Source: Folioceros fuciformis
Lineage: Eukaryota
Assembly: GCA_049999805.1 (NCBI GenBank)
Contig: JBNGIO010005918.1
Span: 1 to 32,474, forward strand
DNA length: 32,474 nt
Direction: 5' to 3'
Shown here: in pieces, positions 10,701-22,007 of the stretch
How the letters are laid out: every line of letters starts with the position of its first letter
How positions within the stretch are numbered: the stretch's first letter is position 1
Translations under genes and position numbers: made by a program
Notes under the pieces: model-generated
Databases searched by the model: none
What the model was told of the DNA's origin: nothing
The model's input: only the letters and a program-made list of their open reading frames with translations

Positions 10701-11858
10701 TGTGTATGAACCAAAATAATGAACAAAGGATGTGAGAGAAAACAATTCTCTATACGGTGTACAGGATGGTTGTGCGAGGTTGAGTACAGGAATATTCCCG
10801 AGATGCCACCCATATATTCTCATAGAAAATATATATTTCAAAAAAAAAAAAAAAGTGTGTAGCCCCTGTCCGAATCAGTATTCCATACACTAGGCTTAGT
10901 GCACTCCTCGATAAATCTTGAAAAGTCTAAATAAAGTTCTCTAATTGAGATTAGAGAAGAACTTAGTATTGTATATATCACTCCCGCTTGAGAACTTCCT
11001 CCAACATTTCTAAAGCTAGAGTGTGTACAACATGAACTTGTTATAGCCTAGATGTAAGTCCAAGGGGCTAGTAACCCTTTACTGCTCAATGACACTAGTA
11101 CGCCTTTTTGGTCTTTTGCTTTGTTTAGGTTGTTTACCTATACAATAGGAATAATTTATTTCTCCTTCTCTTCTTGTATCCACTTTGTATATTAGTACTC
11201 AAGACTCAACCATATGAATACAAGTTACCTCGGTCCACAATCATGTCTTTGGGATCTATCAGACACTATTCCGTATAATTAATTTTATTATTATTTCTAT
11301 CATAACATAATAAAATTACTAATACTAGAAGAAATAGAACAAGCTCCTCTCTCCAGGATGGACATACCTATGCTCCTTTTGTCCTGAATCCAGAATCTTG
11401 AATCATAAAGTTATAATAATTGAACTTTGTCTATATTCAATTACTAGAAAAGTACAGCTAAATATTATAATAATGGACGCACATACGACAAGAAAATGTG
11501 GAGGCAAGTATATATATGTACGCACGTACAATTTTTAAGTGAGATTGCTATATGCAAGTAACAAAAGTTGCGCCTTGGCTGAAGGTGGCAAGAAATGAAG
11601 GCCTGGTTGGGTCAGTAGGATGTAGCCAAAATGGCAGTGGGGGAACATGGATCGGAGAGCGGAGGAGTGGGGGGCACGGAGGACTTCGCGCGGGTCAGGC
11701 AATTGGGTGCATCGTGAAGGCGAGCTGTGGGCGAGTGTGCGCAACCTACATGATGATGCAAAACAGCAGCACTTGGCACGTTATGCACATGTTGCATTGT
11801 TTTGACATGTTGCGTTGGTGAGCAGAAGAGGAACAAGGGCGGGTGGAGAGGTCCCGAG

Positions 11859-13319
11859 ATGGGGGGAGGAGTTGAGGCCAACGGGGCTGCTGAGCGCGCT
11901 GCCCACGGTGGCTACCATGGCAAAAAGCTCTCGATTTTGCCTCTGATTGCCCTCATCTACTACGGGGTGTCCGGGGGCCCTTTTGGAGTAGAGGACTCGG
12001 TGAAGGCCGGTGGCCCTCTCCTAGCGATCCTAGGGTTCATCATCTTTCCCTTCTTGTGGAGCGTGCCGGAGGCGCTGGTGACTGCAGAGCTGTCCACAGC
12101 GTTTCCGGAAAATGGTGGCTACGTGGTGTGGGTTGCGGCAGCATTCGGCCCCTTCTGGGGCTTCCAGCAGGGCTGGCTCAAGTGGCTCAGTGGAGTCATC
12201 GACAACGCGCTCTACCCTGTGCTGTTTCTGGATTACCTCAAGAGAGCTATGCCGATATTTGAGGATGGGCCGTGGCGCCTGGCTGCCCTTGTGTTCATCA
12301 CCGCCGCTCTCACCTATCTCAACTACAGGGGACTGACTATCGTGGGGTTCACGGCCGTAGTGCTCACCATCTTTTCTCTCCTGCCCTTCGCCCTCATGTG
12401 CCTCATTTCCATTCCCAAGATACAGCCAAGGAGATGGCTGGTTATGGATCTCAAGTCGGTGGAGTGGAGGGGCTACTTGAACACGCTCTTCTGGAACCTC
12501 AACTACTGGGACTCCGTCAGCACTCTGGCCGGAGAGGTGGAAGACCCTCGCCAATTCCCTGCGGCCTTGACAGGAGCTGTTGTGTTAGTCATCCTCTCCT
12601 ACCTGCTTCCTCTCTTGGCAGGCACGGGAGCCTTGGAGCTGTCACAGGATTCCTGGGAAGATGGCTACTTCGCGGACGTGGCCATGGCTATCGGGGGCAT
12701 TGGTCTCAAGTGGTGGGTGGAAGTATCCGCCGCAGTTTCCAACATAGGACTGTTCGAGGCGGAGATGAGCAGCGATGCCTTCCAGCTGCTGGGCATGGGA
12801 GAGCGGGGAATGCTCCCCGAGGTGTTCGCTAGGAGATCCAAGTACGGCACACCCTTGCTGGGTATTTTGTGTTCCGCTACTGGCGTCTTGCTCTTGTCCT
12901 CCATGACCTTCCAAGAAATTATCGAGCTCCTCAACTATCTCTATTGCTACGGGATGCTCCTTGAATTTGCAGCATATATTTGGCTCAGGATCAAACGACC
13001 GGATCTTCCAAGACCGTACAGGGTTCCCTTGGGGACAGTGGGTGTCACCATAATGTGTCTGGCGCCTTCCATCCTTCTCGTTGTGGTTATGTACATAGCT
13101 TCCGTGAAAATCGCCATCTTCAGCGTTGCATGGACTCTGGTGGGTGTGATTCTTTATCCAGTCTTGGAGTATGCCAAGGCCAATAGGTGGGCAAAATTTG
13201 CCGTCAGCGCCGAGCTTCCGGATATTGACAGCGAGGGTGATGACCATGTAAACGTAGGCGAGAGTGACTCTCAGACGCACTCGCTTCTTGAAGCTCAACG
13301 TCCACCCTCGTCCAGCTAG
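11859..13319 (+). CDS. Polyamine uptake transporter (PUT/RMV1/LAT family, APC superfamily), intronless
   Basis: [94 protein letters not shown] and many hydrophobic segments. First in-frame ATG is 11859. Confidence 0.95.
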   Translation: MGGGVEANGAAERAAHGGYHGKKLSILPLIALIYYGVSGGPFGVEDSVKAGGPLLAILGFIIFPFLWSVPEALVTAELSTAFPENGGYVVWVAAAFGPFWGFQQGWLKWLSGVIDNALYPVLFLDYLKRAMPIFEDGPWRLAALVFITAALTYLNYRGLTIVGFTAVVLTIFSLLPFALMCLISIPKIQPRRWLVMDLKSVEWRGYLNTLFWNLNYWDSVSTLAGEVEDPRQFPAALTGAVVLVILSYLLPLLAGTGALELSQDSWEDGYFADVAMAIGGIGLKWWVEVSAAVSNIGLFEAEMSSDAFQLLGMGERGMLPEVFARRSKYGTPLLGILCSATGVLLLSSMTFQEIIELLNYLYCYGMLLEFAAYIWLRIKRPDLPRPYRVPLGTVGVTIMCLAPSILLVVVMYIASVKIAIFSVAWTLVGVILYPVLEYAKANRWAKFAVSAELPDIDSEGDDHVNVGESDSQTHSLLEAQRPPSSS

Positions 13320-13726
13320 GGTTTTTGATAGGAATGTTGAGGCGCCCTACTTGAAGTTCATCTAAGGCGACGATCGTGTGTACCAATGCAGCTTTCAAAT
13401 CATAGACGTATGCCTACGTAGTGCATGTGTCATAATTATGCGTCAAAAGACTCTTGAAAAGGGAGGCAAAGCGCAACATATTGTTTGCCCACGGTTTCCG
13501 ACCCACCGCTCCTCAAACTCATTCGCAAGTCTCGCTTGCAGTACAAAGGTGGAATGCATCGAACAAATCCTCTGGCGTAAAACCAGCAATCACTTCTCCC
13601 GCAAAACTGCTGGCAAGATCAGAAAATTGCCTGGCCCAGTGCACCTGAACATTCTTTGGGCTACTGCTGGCGATGCAAAGGCTCGCCAATTGGGCTGCTG
13701 GGGCCTGAAGCTTTCCCTTCCAGTTT

Positions 13727-15025
13727 CTATCCTCCCCTTCCTCTTCCCCTAAACCCGCCACCACCGCGACCGGTGCTACCGCCCCTTCCCCTAAAACCAC
13801 CTGCACCACCCCGACTACCCCCTCGACCACCTCCCCTGCCGCCAAATCCACCTCCCCGACCTCCTCTGCCTCCTCGTCCTGAAATCACAAAGACGGTCAG
13901 CTCATTTGAGACTGAACCGGCGAAAAAATAAATGTAGGCATGAGGCATCCCAGAAGTACCTCCTCTACCTCCACCTCTTCCACCACCACGACCCCCGCCA
14001 CCTGCGCTCTTCTGTCCTCTGTGAACACGAACAACAGATGATATGTCAATCAACAACAAAAGACTGCACTGCAGGAACAGCAACATAGAATCCGATCACA
14101 AACACTCACGGAGGAGGAGGGAGAAATCTTTGAAGAGGAAGGAGCTTGTTGGGATCGATAAAGAACTTATCCCCAGGTTTATAGGATGTGGCAATGATAC
14201 CCTCTTGCATCTTCACAGAGAAGTACTGCAGCACAAGGGCCATATCAATCATTCGTGGGAAGAAGAAAAAAATGATTCATTAGAAAACAAAAAGCAAGAT
14301 TAGAGCACAAGATTACACTGGAAGACTTTCCTCCTCAAGCACAAGACTCACCGCCTCATTTATGGGTCCGAAGATTTCTTCCACTTTGCCCACCTGCGTT
14401 TTATTCTCAAGATATATAGGAGCATTGAAATAGGGGATCTTTTCGTTGGTCAACCTTGTCACAGCTTCTCCTTCACAGGCATGCAAAAACACTGCCACTT
14501 CTGAACGCCAGAAGGCCACAACAGTAAAATGGTATCAGGAGTGGTCCCCAAGGTGCACCACAGTCTCAAGCGTCATGTCTGAGACAGGCCAAGGTCACTC
14601 TGTGATCCATATTTCATAGCCCTCAATCAAACCTAAAGGCTCAAGGAGATGAGACACCTCCAATTTCTACCGCACCGGCATGGTGCTCGGATGAAAACCA
14701 AACGTCTTCGGAGGTCATCCACAAGAAAAGCCTCTTTTCTGAGCAATCGACCCGCTAGCTAGCAAGCAGGGAAAGGGGTCGACCAGAATGTAGACTTACG
14801 GACAACTTCTTCGGGAGGACCCTCGGAGTAGCCTCCGTAACCACCACCACCTCCTCCTCCCCTGCCCCTGAACCCGCCCCCTCCACGGCCTGCAGCCCCT
14901 CCNNNNNNNNNNNNNNNNNNNNNNNNNNNNNNNNNNNNNNNNNNNNNNNNNNNNNNNNNNNNNNNNNNNNNNNNNNNNNNNNNNNNNNNNNNNNNNNNNN
15001 NNCCTCCTCCTCGTGGAGGCCGCAT
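13727..15025 (-). CDS. GAR1: H/ACA ribonucleoprotein complex subunit 1, 5 exons (N gap 14903-15002 within the RGG region)
   Basis: MRPPRGG...EGPPEEVV / [48 protein letters not shown] / [36 protein letters not shown] / RGG-rich tail. Confidence 0.95.
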
Positions 15026-15147
15026 TGCTGTCCGATTTTCTGTCGCTACGCTTCGAATCAAGCCACACCAGGCCCCGGCATCAGCTTGTAGCAGCTCCCG
15101 GGTCCTCTCCGTGCCGGGCAGACACCTCCTGCTGACCCCGTGCTTCG

Positions 15148-15243
15148 GGGCCCAAGCTTCGTCTCCGGCCCACGACCTCCTGCCTAGCTCCGCCTGTCAT
15201 CCCGTCATCCCACCCGTCACCTAGGGCTTTGTGTAGGGCTTTT
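15148..15243. promoter_or_regulatory. Bidirectional promoter motifs: two site II elements (TGGGCC, minus strand) and two telo-box-like TAGGGCTTT
   Basis: ggccca at ~15149 and ~15167, tagggcttt at ~15222 and ~15234, between the divergent GAR1 and RPA-interacting genes. Confidence 0.4.
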
Positions 15244-15436
15244 CTATCAAAAAAAGGTGATCAATCTGACGAAAATTCGAATTAGAAACCGCGTTCTCGT
15301 TCAGTGAAATGGACATGCATTTGTAACAGCGTCATCATTAACCATCATGTGCGTCCTTGTTGCGCGCAGGTAGGTTCACCATGGTCCGTCCTTCATAGAA
15401 TTCTTCTCCTTCAGTTGTGCGACGAAGACCTACGGG

Positions 15437-16764
15437 ATGGACAACCATAGCAGCAACAGGCCTCACTTGAGATCCAAAGCAAGGTCCACGCCGTGGAAAG
15501 AGAAGGTGGCCACGCACACGTCTGGAATTCCGTTCTACAACTCAGGCTTCCATAACGATGTCCTGGTCATTAGGATGACAGTGATTTCTCATGGGTTCAA
15601 GGGTTACCCAGGCCTGTATATCCTCTGTAAGCTGTGAACACAAAATTTCTCTCATGGAGTTCTGTCTTGGTAGCTGCGGGAAAATTGTTTGAAGCGGGTC
15701 CGGCACGAGAGAAGCCAACTCCTGTGGAAGATCAGGTCTGTTTCCACTTCGGCATCAGCTTCGCAGACGGATAAGGTGCGTCCTTGTTAACCTGACAAGC
15801 ATGGCGTCTCCGGTGCATCTATACATCCATGGGGATTCAAGTTCAAAACATTCGATGGCCTTCTTGCAGGAACTCTGCTTGAAAAGTATTGTTACAGACG
15901 AGATCAGAAAATTCGATCGGTCGTCTGCCTCCAGGGCATCGCCCTCGGTCTATGGGCGTGAGGTCTTGTTTGCAGAAGAGCAAGATATGGACATCCTGTG
16001 GCAGTACGAACCCCAAGAAAATTCTGCTGCAGACTTTGCGGAATATGAGGAACTTATGCTTGCAATGGAACAGGCTCTGTACGAAGACCGTAAGGTGGAA
16101 GACGAGGCACGAGGTCTGTTAGGAAACTTAGCGATAATCATATGTTTGGAGCAGTTCAGAGTGACCGTCCGTCTCATGCTCTGCTGGTGTTTGTAGAGGC
16201 CGCTGTCCTTGAGGAGTATGAAAAGACTCAAGCGTGGGAGGATGAAATGGTAGATGCTGTTCTGAGCTCTTCGCAACCCAGGGTGTGTTGCCTCACGATC
16301 CTGATTGCCGACCCCCGCACATTTGCTCTTCTTCCTAATCATATGAGGAACTGGTTGTTGGTAGCTTACTTTCTAACTAGTATTTTGAAGGAATCCCAGG
16401 AACACGGTGTGCTGTGTCCCATCTGCAGAAGAGGGCTTTTGCGTCAACAGCGGCAATTGATTTTCTGTTCTTGTGGGTTAAAGCTGGACATGCAGAATGA
16501 TAAAGTAAGTAGTTGGGAGGCTTGATTGCTATGCTTACAGTGTTTGTTTGTGCCGATTTTCAGTGCTTTAGCCCAGTGATTTCTGTCTTCAATTACCTGG
16601 TGCAGGTCGGCCTAGATTTGTTGCAAGCTCAATTAGCAGAAGTTTGGCAAGAGCATGCTAACTCTTGCAGAGCATCTCCACAGTTTGTGGTAGAGAACCA
16701 GTTTAACATTTCTGCTTTGTATATGCAATGTCAAGCTTGCGGCAAATTTGAGTTAGTGATGTAA
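15437..16764 (+). CDS. RPA-interacting protein (RIP/RPAIN family), about 6 exons
   Basis: STPWKEK / LRENCLKRVRHERSQLLWKIR / ILWQYE..EYEELMLAMEQALYED / VLCPICRRG..IFCSCGLKL / EHANSC..LYMQCQACGKFELVM*, with a C-terminal zinc finger. Confidence 0.88.
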
Positions 16765-16959
16765 CATCCTGTGAGGTAAGTGCCAGGTTGCCCAAGCAGT
16801 CGTCTTCTGTCTGGAAGGAGACTTCAGGCAGTGCAAAGACATGTTTGGCAGGAGCTGCCTAAAGGGTCTTTGCATCGCATGGCCGGCTCATGCATATTAC
16901 CTTGTCGGCTGATGCATTTTGCCTTGTAAAGACATGTACATCATACCAACGTGGTACTC

Positions 16960-18928
16960 TTAGAAAAATCCTCTGCCTTGCAACGCTGCCTGGCGACTAC
17001 TCAATTCGGCATCCGATGAATCATTGAAGGTGTATACAGGGATTTCCCATCGCTTGAGCGCCTTTTTCAAATCATCAGTGAGGGAAAGATCTGTCGGATC
17101 TTCTTTCCATGTTTTGACTAACACTCTTGCTCCTGCTAGAATTAGACGATCAATCATAAACAACTGGTAATTGTTGTGAACCACTGGCTCTAACAGGGTC
17201 GTAAAATTCGTGGACCGCAACACTCTGTACCTGAAGGTTGCCAGACAGATGTGTGACACCAAAATGTCAAGTGCACTGTAAGCCAGAACACCGAAGATAG
17301 TGGTAATAACGAGATGGACGGATCTTAATCGGAATCCAACTTGTCTACCTTTCAGAGATGGGATCAAAGAATCCCGGTTTCTTCTCATCAGAGGCGATGT
17401 AGAGGGTGCGCCCCTCTGCTATCCAATCTTTGATGCGATTCAGGATAGCCTGTGGTTGAGTGTCTCTGTCGAGATGAGGATACGTCGTCCTGTAAACACC
17501 AAACCTGTCTTTCTTCAACTTCAATTTATCACCCCTTCGAACGTGAATAGCATCGTAGTCTCCGAGTTGCTGCTTGATCTGCATGTCAAAGGAGATGTCA
17601 AACAGTTCGTGACAATCGCATTGTCTGATCTGCAGGTCAAAGCATTAAAATACAAGACACTGAACACTGGCCTCTATACAGCGTTACGAAGATGCAGCAA
17701 AATCACTAGTACATGGCTTCAGGAGCCATTGTTGTGCATGGAGAGGGATCACACACCTTGTCAGCAACCTCCCTAAGCGATTGAGCTGCCATGTCCCCCA
17801 GCATCGAATAGGGAATGGTGAGGGAACCGTGATGGTGCCGGTTCTTACATTCCATGAACCTAACCATTCAGCAAGTGCGTAAGACTCAAAAAGCTACACC
17901 CTCCAGGAACGAAGTCTTTCATTCAATTTCACGTGCCTGCTCTGCCGAATGTCTCATCAGGTATGACTTCATACCATGCAAGAGGGTTTGCCGTTCGGTT
18001 GATGATTGTCATGCGTTCGAAGGCTTCCAGCTCTTCGGACTTCGTGTTTTGAACACGAACTTCTCTAAGAAGTCCTCTGTTTGCCAAGCGCACCACATTC
18101 TGCCATTCTGCAGAGCTGTCAAGAATCACCGGTATCGTCTTCGACAATAGCTCAATGTCATATATTGATTCAATAGGACAGCTCTGGGCGTCCCACCTGT
18201 CCACGATGCACGGGCCGAAATAGGTTCATTGAATGGAGCAAGGGCGTGTTGTTAATCACTATGGGCGGAAGGCACTCACTGCTGGTCCAAAGACGGGGTT
18301 GGAGACGGGCCAAGGGCCAGTTTTGAGTTGTGTTTCTTGGCCAGACACAATCTGGATGGGAGAACGAATGTCCTATGGAACAGCACGGTAGTCAGGCGTT
18401 AAGAATGGCTCGTCCCCAAAGCAAGGAATGGCGCCGCAAATCTTCCGCAAAAGACCCAGATTAAAATGGGAAGCAGAAACAGTTGCGGACTACTACTCCT
18501 TCATCACCGGGAAAGATCTGAGCTCACTGCCATTACCTGTTTAGAGAGACCGCTTCCTCCAGGGCACAACGGAGGCTTGATTCCTGATGCCCTAGTCCTC
18601 CGCAGACTAAACAGTTTTTGCCAGGGCAATCCACTCCATATCCCCAATACAGGTACCTCTTCCCTCCAGGATCAGCGCTGAGCTCATAAGGATGTACAGA
18701 CGTTGCCAGCGAAAATTTCACGAGTGACACACTAGCCACAACAATGAATCCAACACAAATGGCAGTGATGGCAAGCAAACAAGGCAGCTGCGATAAGGTG
18801 TGACTCCCAGAGGTCCCGCCGTCAAGAACACGCAACGATTTTCCATCTACATGAACTTGCGCACTCAATTGAGGAGCAATTGCGAGCTGGAAGGACAATT
18901 GTGGCTTCCCAAACCTATGCGATGCCAT
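16960..18928 (-). CDS. Conserved uncharacterised plant type II membrane protein, O-fucosyltransferase-like, about 5 exons
   Basis: One hydrophobic segment, then KRYLYWGYGVDCPGKNCLVCGGLGHQESSLRCALEEA / TFVLPSRLC..SIYDIELLS..VILD / FMECKNR / LGDYDAIHVRRGDK..PHLDRDT..GRTLYIASDE / NNYQLFMIDRLI. AIHVRRGD and LYIASDE resemble fucosyltransferase-fold motifs; activity is inference. Confidence 0.8.
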
Positions 18929-19471
18929 GAGAGCCTCTCGGAAAATAAAATCTGAGCGTATCTGATGTTGAGGCGGAATTGGGGACTCAAACGCGGACGC
19001 AGACGCAGCCACAGCTGCAGGCAATGGCATCAGCAAACATGTGCTCGAAATAACAGAAATATGTGCACATGAATCCTGTTTCAAGAATCATAGACACAAC
19101 ACAGACAGGCGAGAAACAATGCCAATGTCAGAATTTTGCCTGCTGGGAGTAGGGGTCTGTACGACGTGAGCATGAAGATGGACAATGAATGCAAGACGTG
19201 CATGCAATTCGCGCCAGGGCACGGTGCTCTGTGCATTTGCTCTCAGGGACGTACAAAGAACAAATGGCGAATCGCGACTCAGAACTTCACACGAGTCAAT
19301 CTTCCCACGCGGCCAAGAGCGGTTTTTGCCCTAAATATCCTCAATCCTACACTTGTTTCGTTGCATCGAAACTTTTTCAGCTGCTTGATGCATCAGATAA
19401 GGTGCTCGAGGTGGAGGGACTGGTAACTCAGCTGGCTGCCACGAGAGCAGAGAACAAGAAAGAGTCCGGCC

Positions 19472-20089
19472 ATGGCGACGGCAGCAATTGCGTCACCGCC
19501 GCCGCTGCTTGCAAGTAGAATCGCCTCGAAGTCCTCGCCTTCTGTGAATTTCAGCTCTGTGATCAGATTGTCCAGGGCAGTGCCAGGCAATGCGCTTGGC
19601 TTGACTCCCCTGCCAGTTTCTGGAAGGAGGTGTCTGGTGCGGAGACAGGCGGTATCAGGCGGAAGCGACCGCGCAGGTGCAGGATCCCAGGAGGAGGTAT
19701 TCTTCGATGGAGGGCCGCATTACGGCGACCTGCTGGTGAACATTGTGTTTGGCTTCTCGCTGGTGTGGCTCCCGCTTACACTGGCTGCAGTTTTCCGCAA
19801 CCTCTTCTTGCGGTACCGCTTCACCAACTTGCGGGTTACCATCCTGTCAGGCCTCACTGGCGATGACCGCAAAGATTTCGGCTATGACGTGATCAAGGAT
19901 GTTCAAGTTGTACCTCGATTCATCGGCGAGTGGGGGGATGTTGTCTTCACACTCACAGACGGCACCAAAATCGACCTCCGGTGCGTACCGAAGTTTCGGG
20001 AGGTGGCCAAGTACTGCCTGGACAAGGCTGGCGAGAGGAGTGTGTCTCAACAGACCGCCGCAACTCGCACTAAGGGATTTGCGTCCTAG
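19472..20089 (+). CDS. Plastid-targeted membrane protein with bacterial (YdbS-like) PH domain, intronless
   Basis: S/A/R-rich, acid-free N-terminus consistent with a transit peptide, then EEVFFDGGPHYGDLL, a hydrophobic helix, and RYRFTNLRVTILSG..IKDVQVVPRFIGEWGDVVFTLTDGTKIDLR, recalled as similar to cyanobacterial PH-domain proteins. Confidence 0.8.
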   Translation: MATAAIASPPPLLASRIASKSSPSVNFSSVIRLSRAVPGNALGLTPLPVSGRRCLVRRQAVSGGSDRAGAGSQEEVFFDGGPHYGDLLVNIVFGFSLVWLPLTLAAVFRNLFLRYRFTNLRVTILSGLTGDDRKDFGYDVIKDVQVVPRFIGEWGDVVFTLTDGTKIDLRCVPKFREVAKYCLDKAGERSVSQQTAATRTKGFAS

Positions 20090-20399
20090 CTGCGAATGCA
20101 TCCGCTTGGCTAGCACACAGTTAAAGATAATCTAGTAAACTTTCCACTTTTTCCTCATTGATGGAGTCCTGTAACTCCTGTGTGGTGACAGTTTGATGTA
20201 CCTTAGCGTAATTAGGTCTGTAGCGACCTTCCGTCTCCACTAAATTATGCACGAACAAAGTCCGTGAGTGGATCTGTGAGGCACTTTATTTAAGTTTCAG
20301 AATATCACCACATCCGGACAAATTTGAATTGTTCGCAAATTGATGTGCAATCTTCGTCACCGTGATTTTCACTCTTCTTTCCTCTCCGTCACCATGATT

Positions 20400-20647
20400 T
20401 TCACTCTGCTTTCTCCTGGATGCTCAAGAGCTAAGATCACTCTGCTTTCTCCTCGATGCTCAAGTGCTTTTTTCCTAGATGCTCAAGAGCTAAGATCACT
20501 CTGCTTTCTCCTCGATGCTCAAGTGCTTTCTCCTCGATGCTCAAGAGCTAAGATCACTCTGCTTTCTCCTCGATGCTCAAGTGCTTTCTCTTCGATGCTC
20601 AAGAGCTAAGATCACTCTGCTTTCTCCTCGACACTCAAGAGCTAAGA
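20400..20647. repeat. Left subterminal array, ~36-bp unit TCACTCTGCTTTCTCCTCGATGCTCAAGAGCTAAGA with ~21-bp subunits
   Basis: ga(t/c)(g/a)ctcaag recurs about 8 times and caagagctaaga 5 times. Confidence 0.92.
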
Positions 20648-20771
20648 ATGCGAATAATCGCTACTTTCCATGTGGCTGAAACAAAACCAAAACTATTAAA
20701 AACAGGGCAGGAAGAAAGATTTCCCAATTAGTTTTGGCCCTCCGAACCCTCCTTTCCACTTTTCACACCAA

Positions 20772-21917
20772 ATGTCAACGCCCTTATGAGCTATGGGCAG
20801 TGCCTTTTACCAGCACATCCCATCACTTTGTGGAGCGACTACATTGTTTCTTCTCCATTGCAAAGATTGTCACGCACTGCGGTTATCACGTAGCATACCA
20901 GAGGTCCAAAATCAACAATGGCATTCAATTAGCCCTTGGTTCTCGATTCCCAACAACCTCCTCTTCAATCGCAGCATTTTTTCTATGCCTTCCTCTTAGC
21001 AGCATCATGCTGAGAGGTCTTCATTGCCTTCTGTAGTTCCACATAGACCTCCTCCTCCCTTTGCTTCATTGCCTCCACCTCCACCAACACGAATGTCTTG
21101 GAAAAACAATGATTGCCTTGTGCTTCAAGCAGTTGTGAGAATTGAAGAGGAGAGACGGGCATTTGGTGATGTAAAGAAGATGATGAAGACTGCAACAATG
21201 AGGTGGGATGCTGTAGCCGCTTATTGTGTGAAGCATGGCACTAATGCTTCCCCTAACCGGTGTAGATCCAAGTGGGAACTGTTACAGCAACAATGGAAGA
21301 AGATTTCTAACTGTGGTCGGCATGGAATGTGAAGTGGTCACTCAGACTATTTGAGAATGCCTTCATTAGACAAGAAGGAAAAGAAATTGCATGTGGACTT
21401 CAACTAGGAATTGTATGAAACCATTGCAGCCTGGATGGTCGTTGTGAACTCATTTGTTGACCCTCCAAATGATATGATTGTCGACTCAAATTTTTTGCAG
21501 ACTCTAGGTACTTCAAGTTGCTCAATGATACCTACTAAGTCAGGCTCTAGTTCTCAACCAGATGTTTCAATTGAGCCCATGGAGGAGGCATCAAAAGCTC
21601 CAATAGATCCTCAGCAATGAACAACGAAGAGGATTAAACACAAAAAATTAAAGGAGAAGGCCGTTGATACCACATTGTCTACAATGATTCAATCATTTGT
21701 CCAAGCTCTCCGTGCTGTTGAAGACAAGAGAGGCATGCATCGTACTGAGAGCATGCAGTTGCATACAAGGAAGCATAAAGAGTTGTTGTAGTGCAACAAA
21801 GACATGGTTCACGTGCTGAACAATATGGTGGAAGTTAATAACGAGATAAGGCTTGGTTTTGTTGCACCTTTAGAGAAAATTGGAGACAGACCTCCTAAGC
21901 TTGGTGATAAATGGTGA
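20772..21917 (+). pseudogene. Harbinger Myb/SANT-like (trihelix-type) DNA-binding protein pseudogene
   Basis: A single frame joins track ORFs 20793, 21024 and 21411. It contains SWKNNDCLVL...RWDAVAAYCVKHG..SPNRCRSKWELLQQQWKKI...DFN*ELYETI and a helical C-terminus. In-frame stops at 20787, 20997, 21330, 21405, 21618 and 21789. Confidence 0.85.
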
Positions 21918-22007
21918 TCTGTTGATTGTAGTCTGTAAAATGAACTTCAAATTCAAATGAAAATTGAAGACTTGTTGAAGTAAGTTATGGAATCAAACAA
22001 AGTAAGG

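Larger units (their letters stand above)
9741..10901. mobile_element. Non-autonomous TIR DNA element with internal minisatellites (superfamily unresolved: CACTA- or hAT-like)
   Basis: TATGGAATACTGATaCGG (9747-9764) is inverted at 10870-10887 (17/18 match). Outer ends read CACTA (9741) and TAGTG (10897-10901). No coding capacity and no matching TSD found. Confidence 0.6.

Noticed and set aside
10840..10854. Poly(A) tail of a SINE/LINE
   Set aside because: No upstream Pol III boxes, RT remnant or TSD, and the tract lies inside the TIR element.
12030..13298. Long antisense and alternate-frame ORFs over the transporter
   Set aside because: Shadow ORFs of a GC-rich coding sequence with no recognisable motifs.
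13656..13931. Proline-rich plus-strand ORF
   Set aside because: It is the reverse complement of the GAR1 RGG codons.
14501..14799. Intronic H/ACA snoRNA in the long first GAR1 intron
   Set aside because: Some small hairpins are visible, but I found no correctly placed ANANNA box with a terminal ACA. An Infernal/snoReport scan would settle it.
20701..20712. GGGCAG as the left Harbinger TIR
   Set aside because: Only 5 bp match the candidate right end, there is no TWA flank, and it lies inside the left array.
20772..21917. U-to-C RNA editing restoring the Myb stops
   Set aside because: Such editing is known only from organelles; methylation-driven decay explains the pattern, and the partner transposase also has frameshifts.
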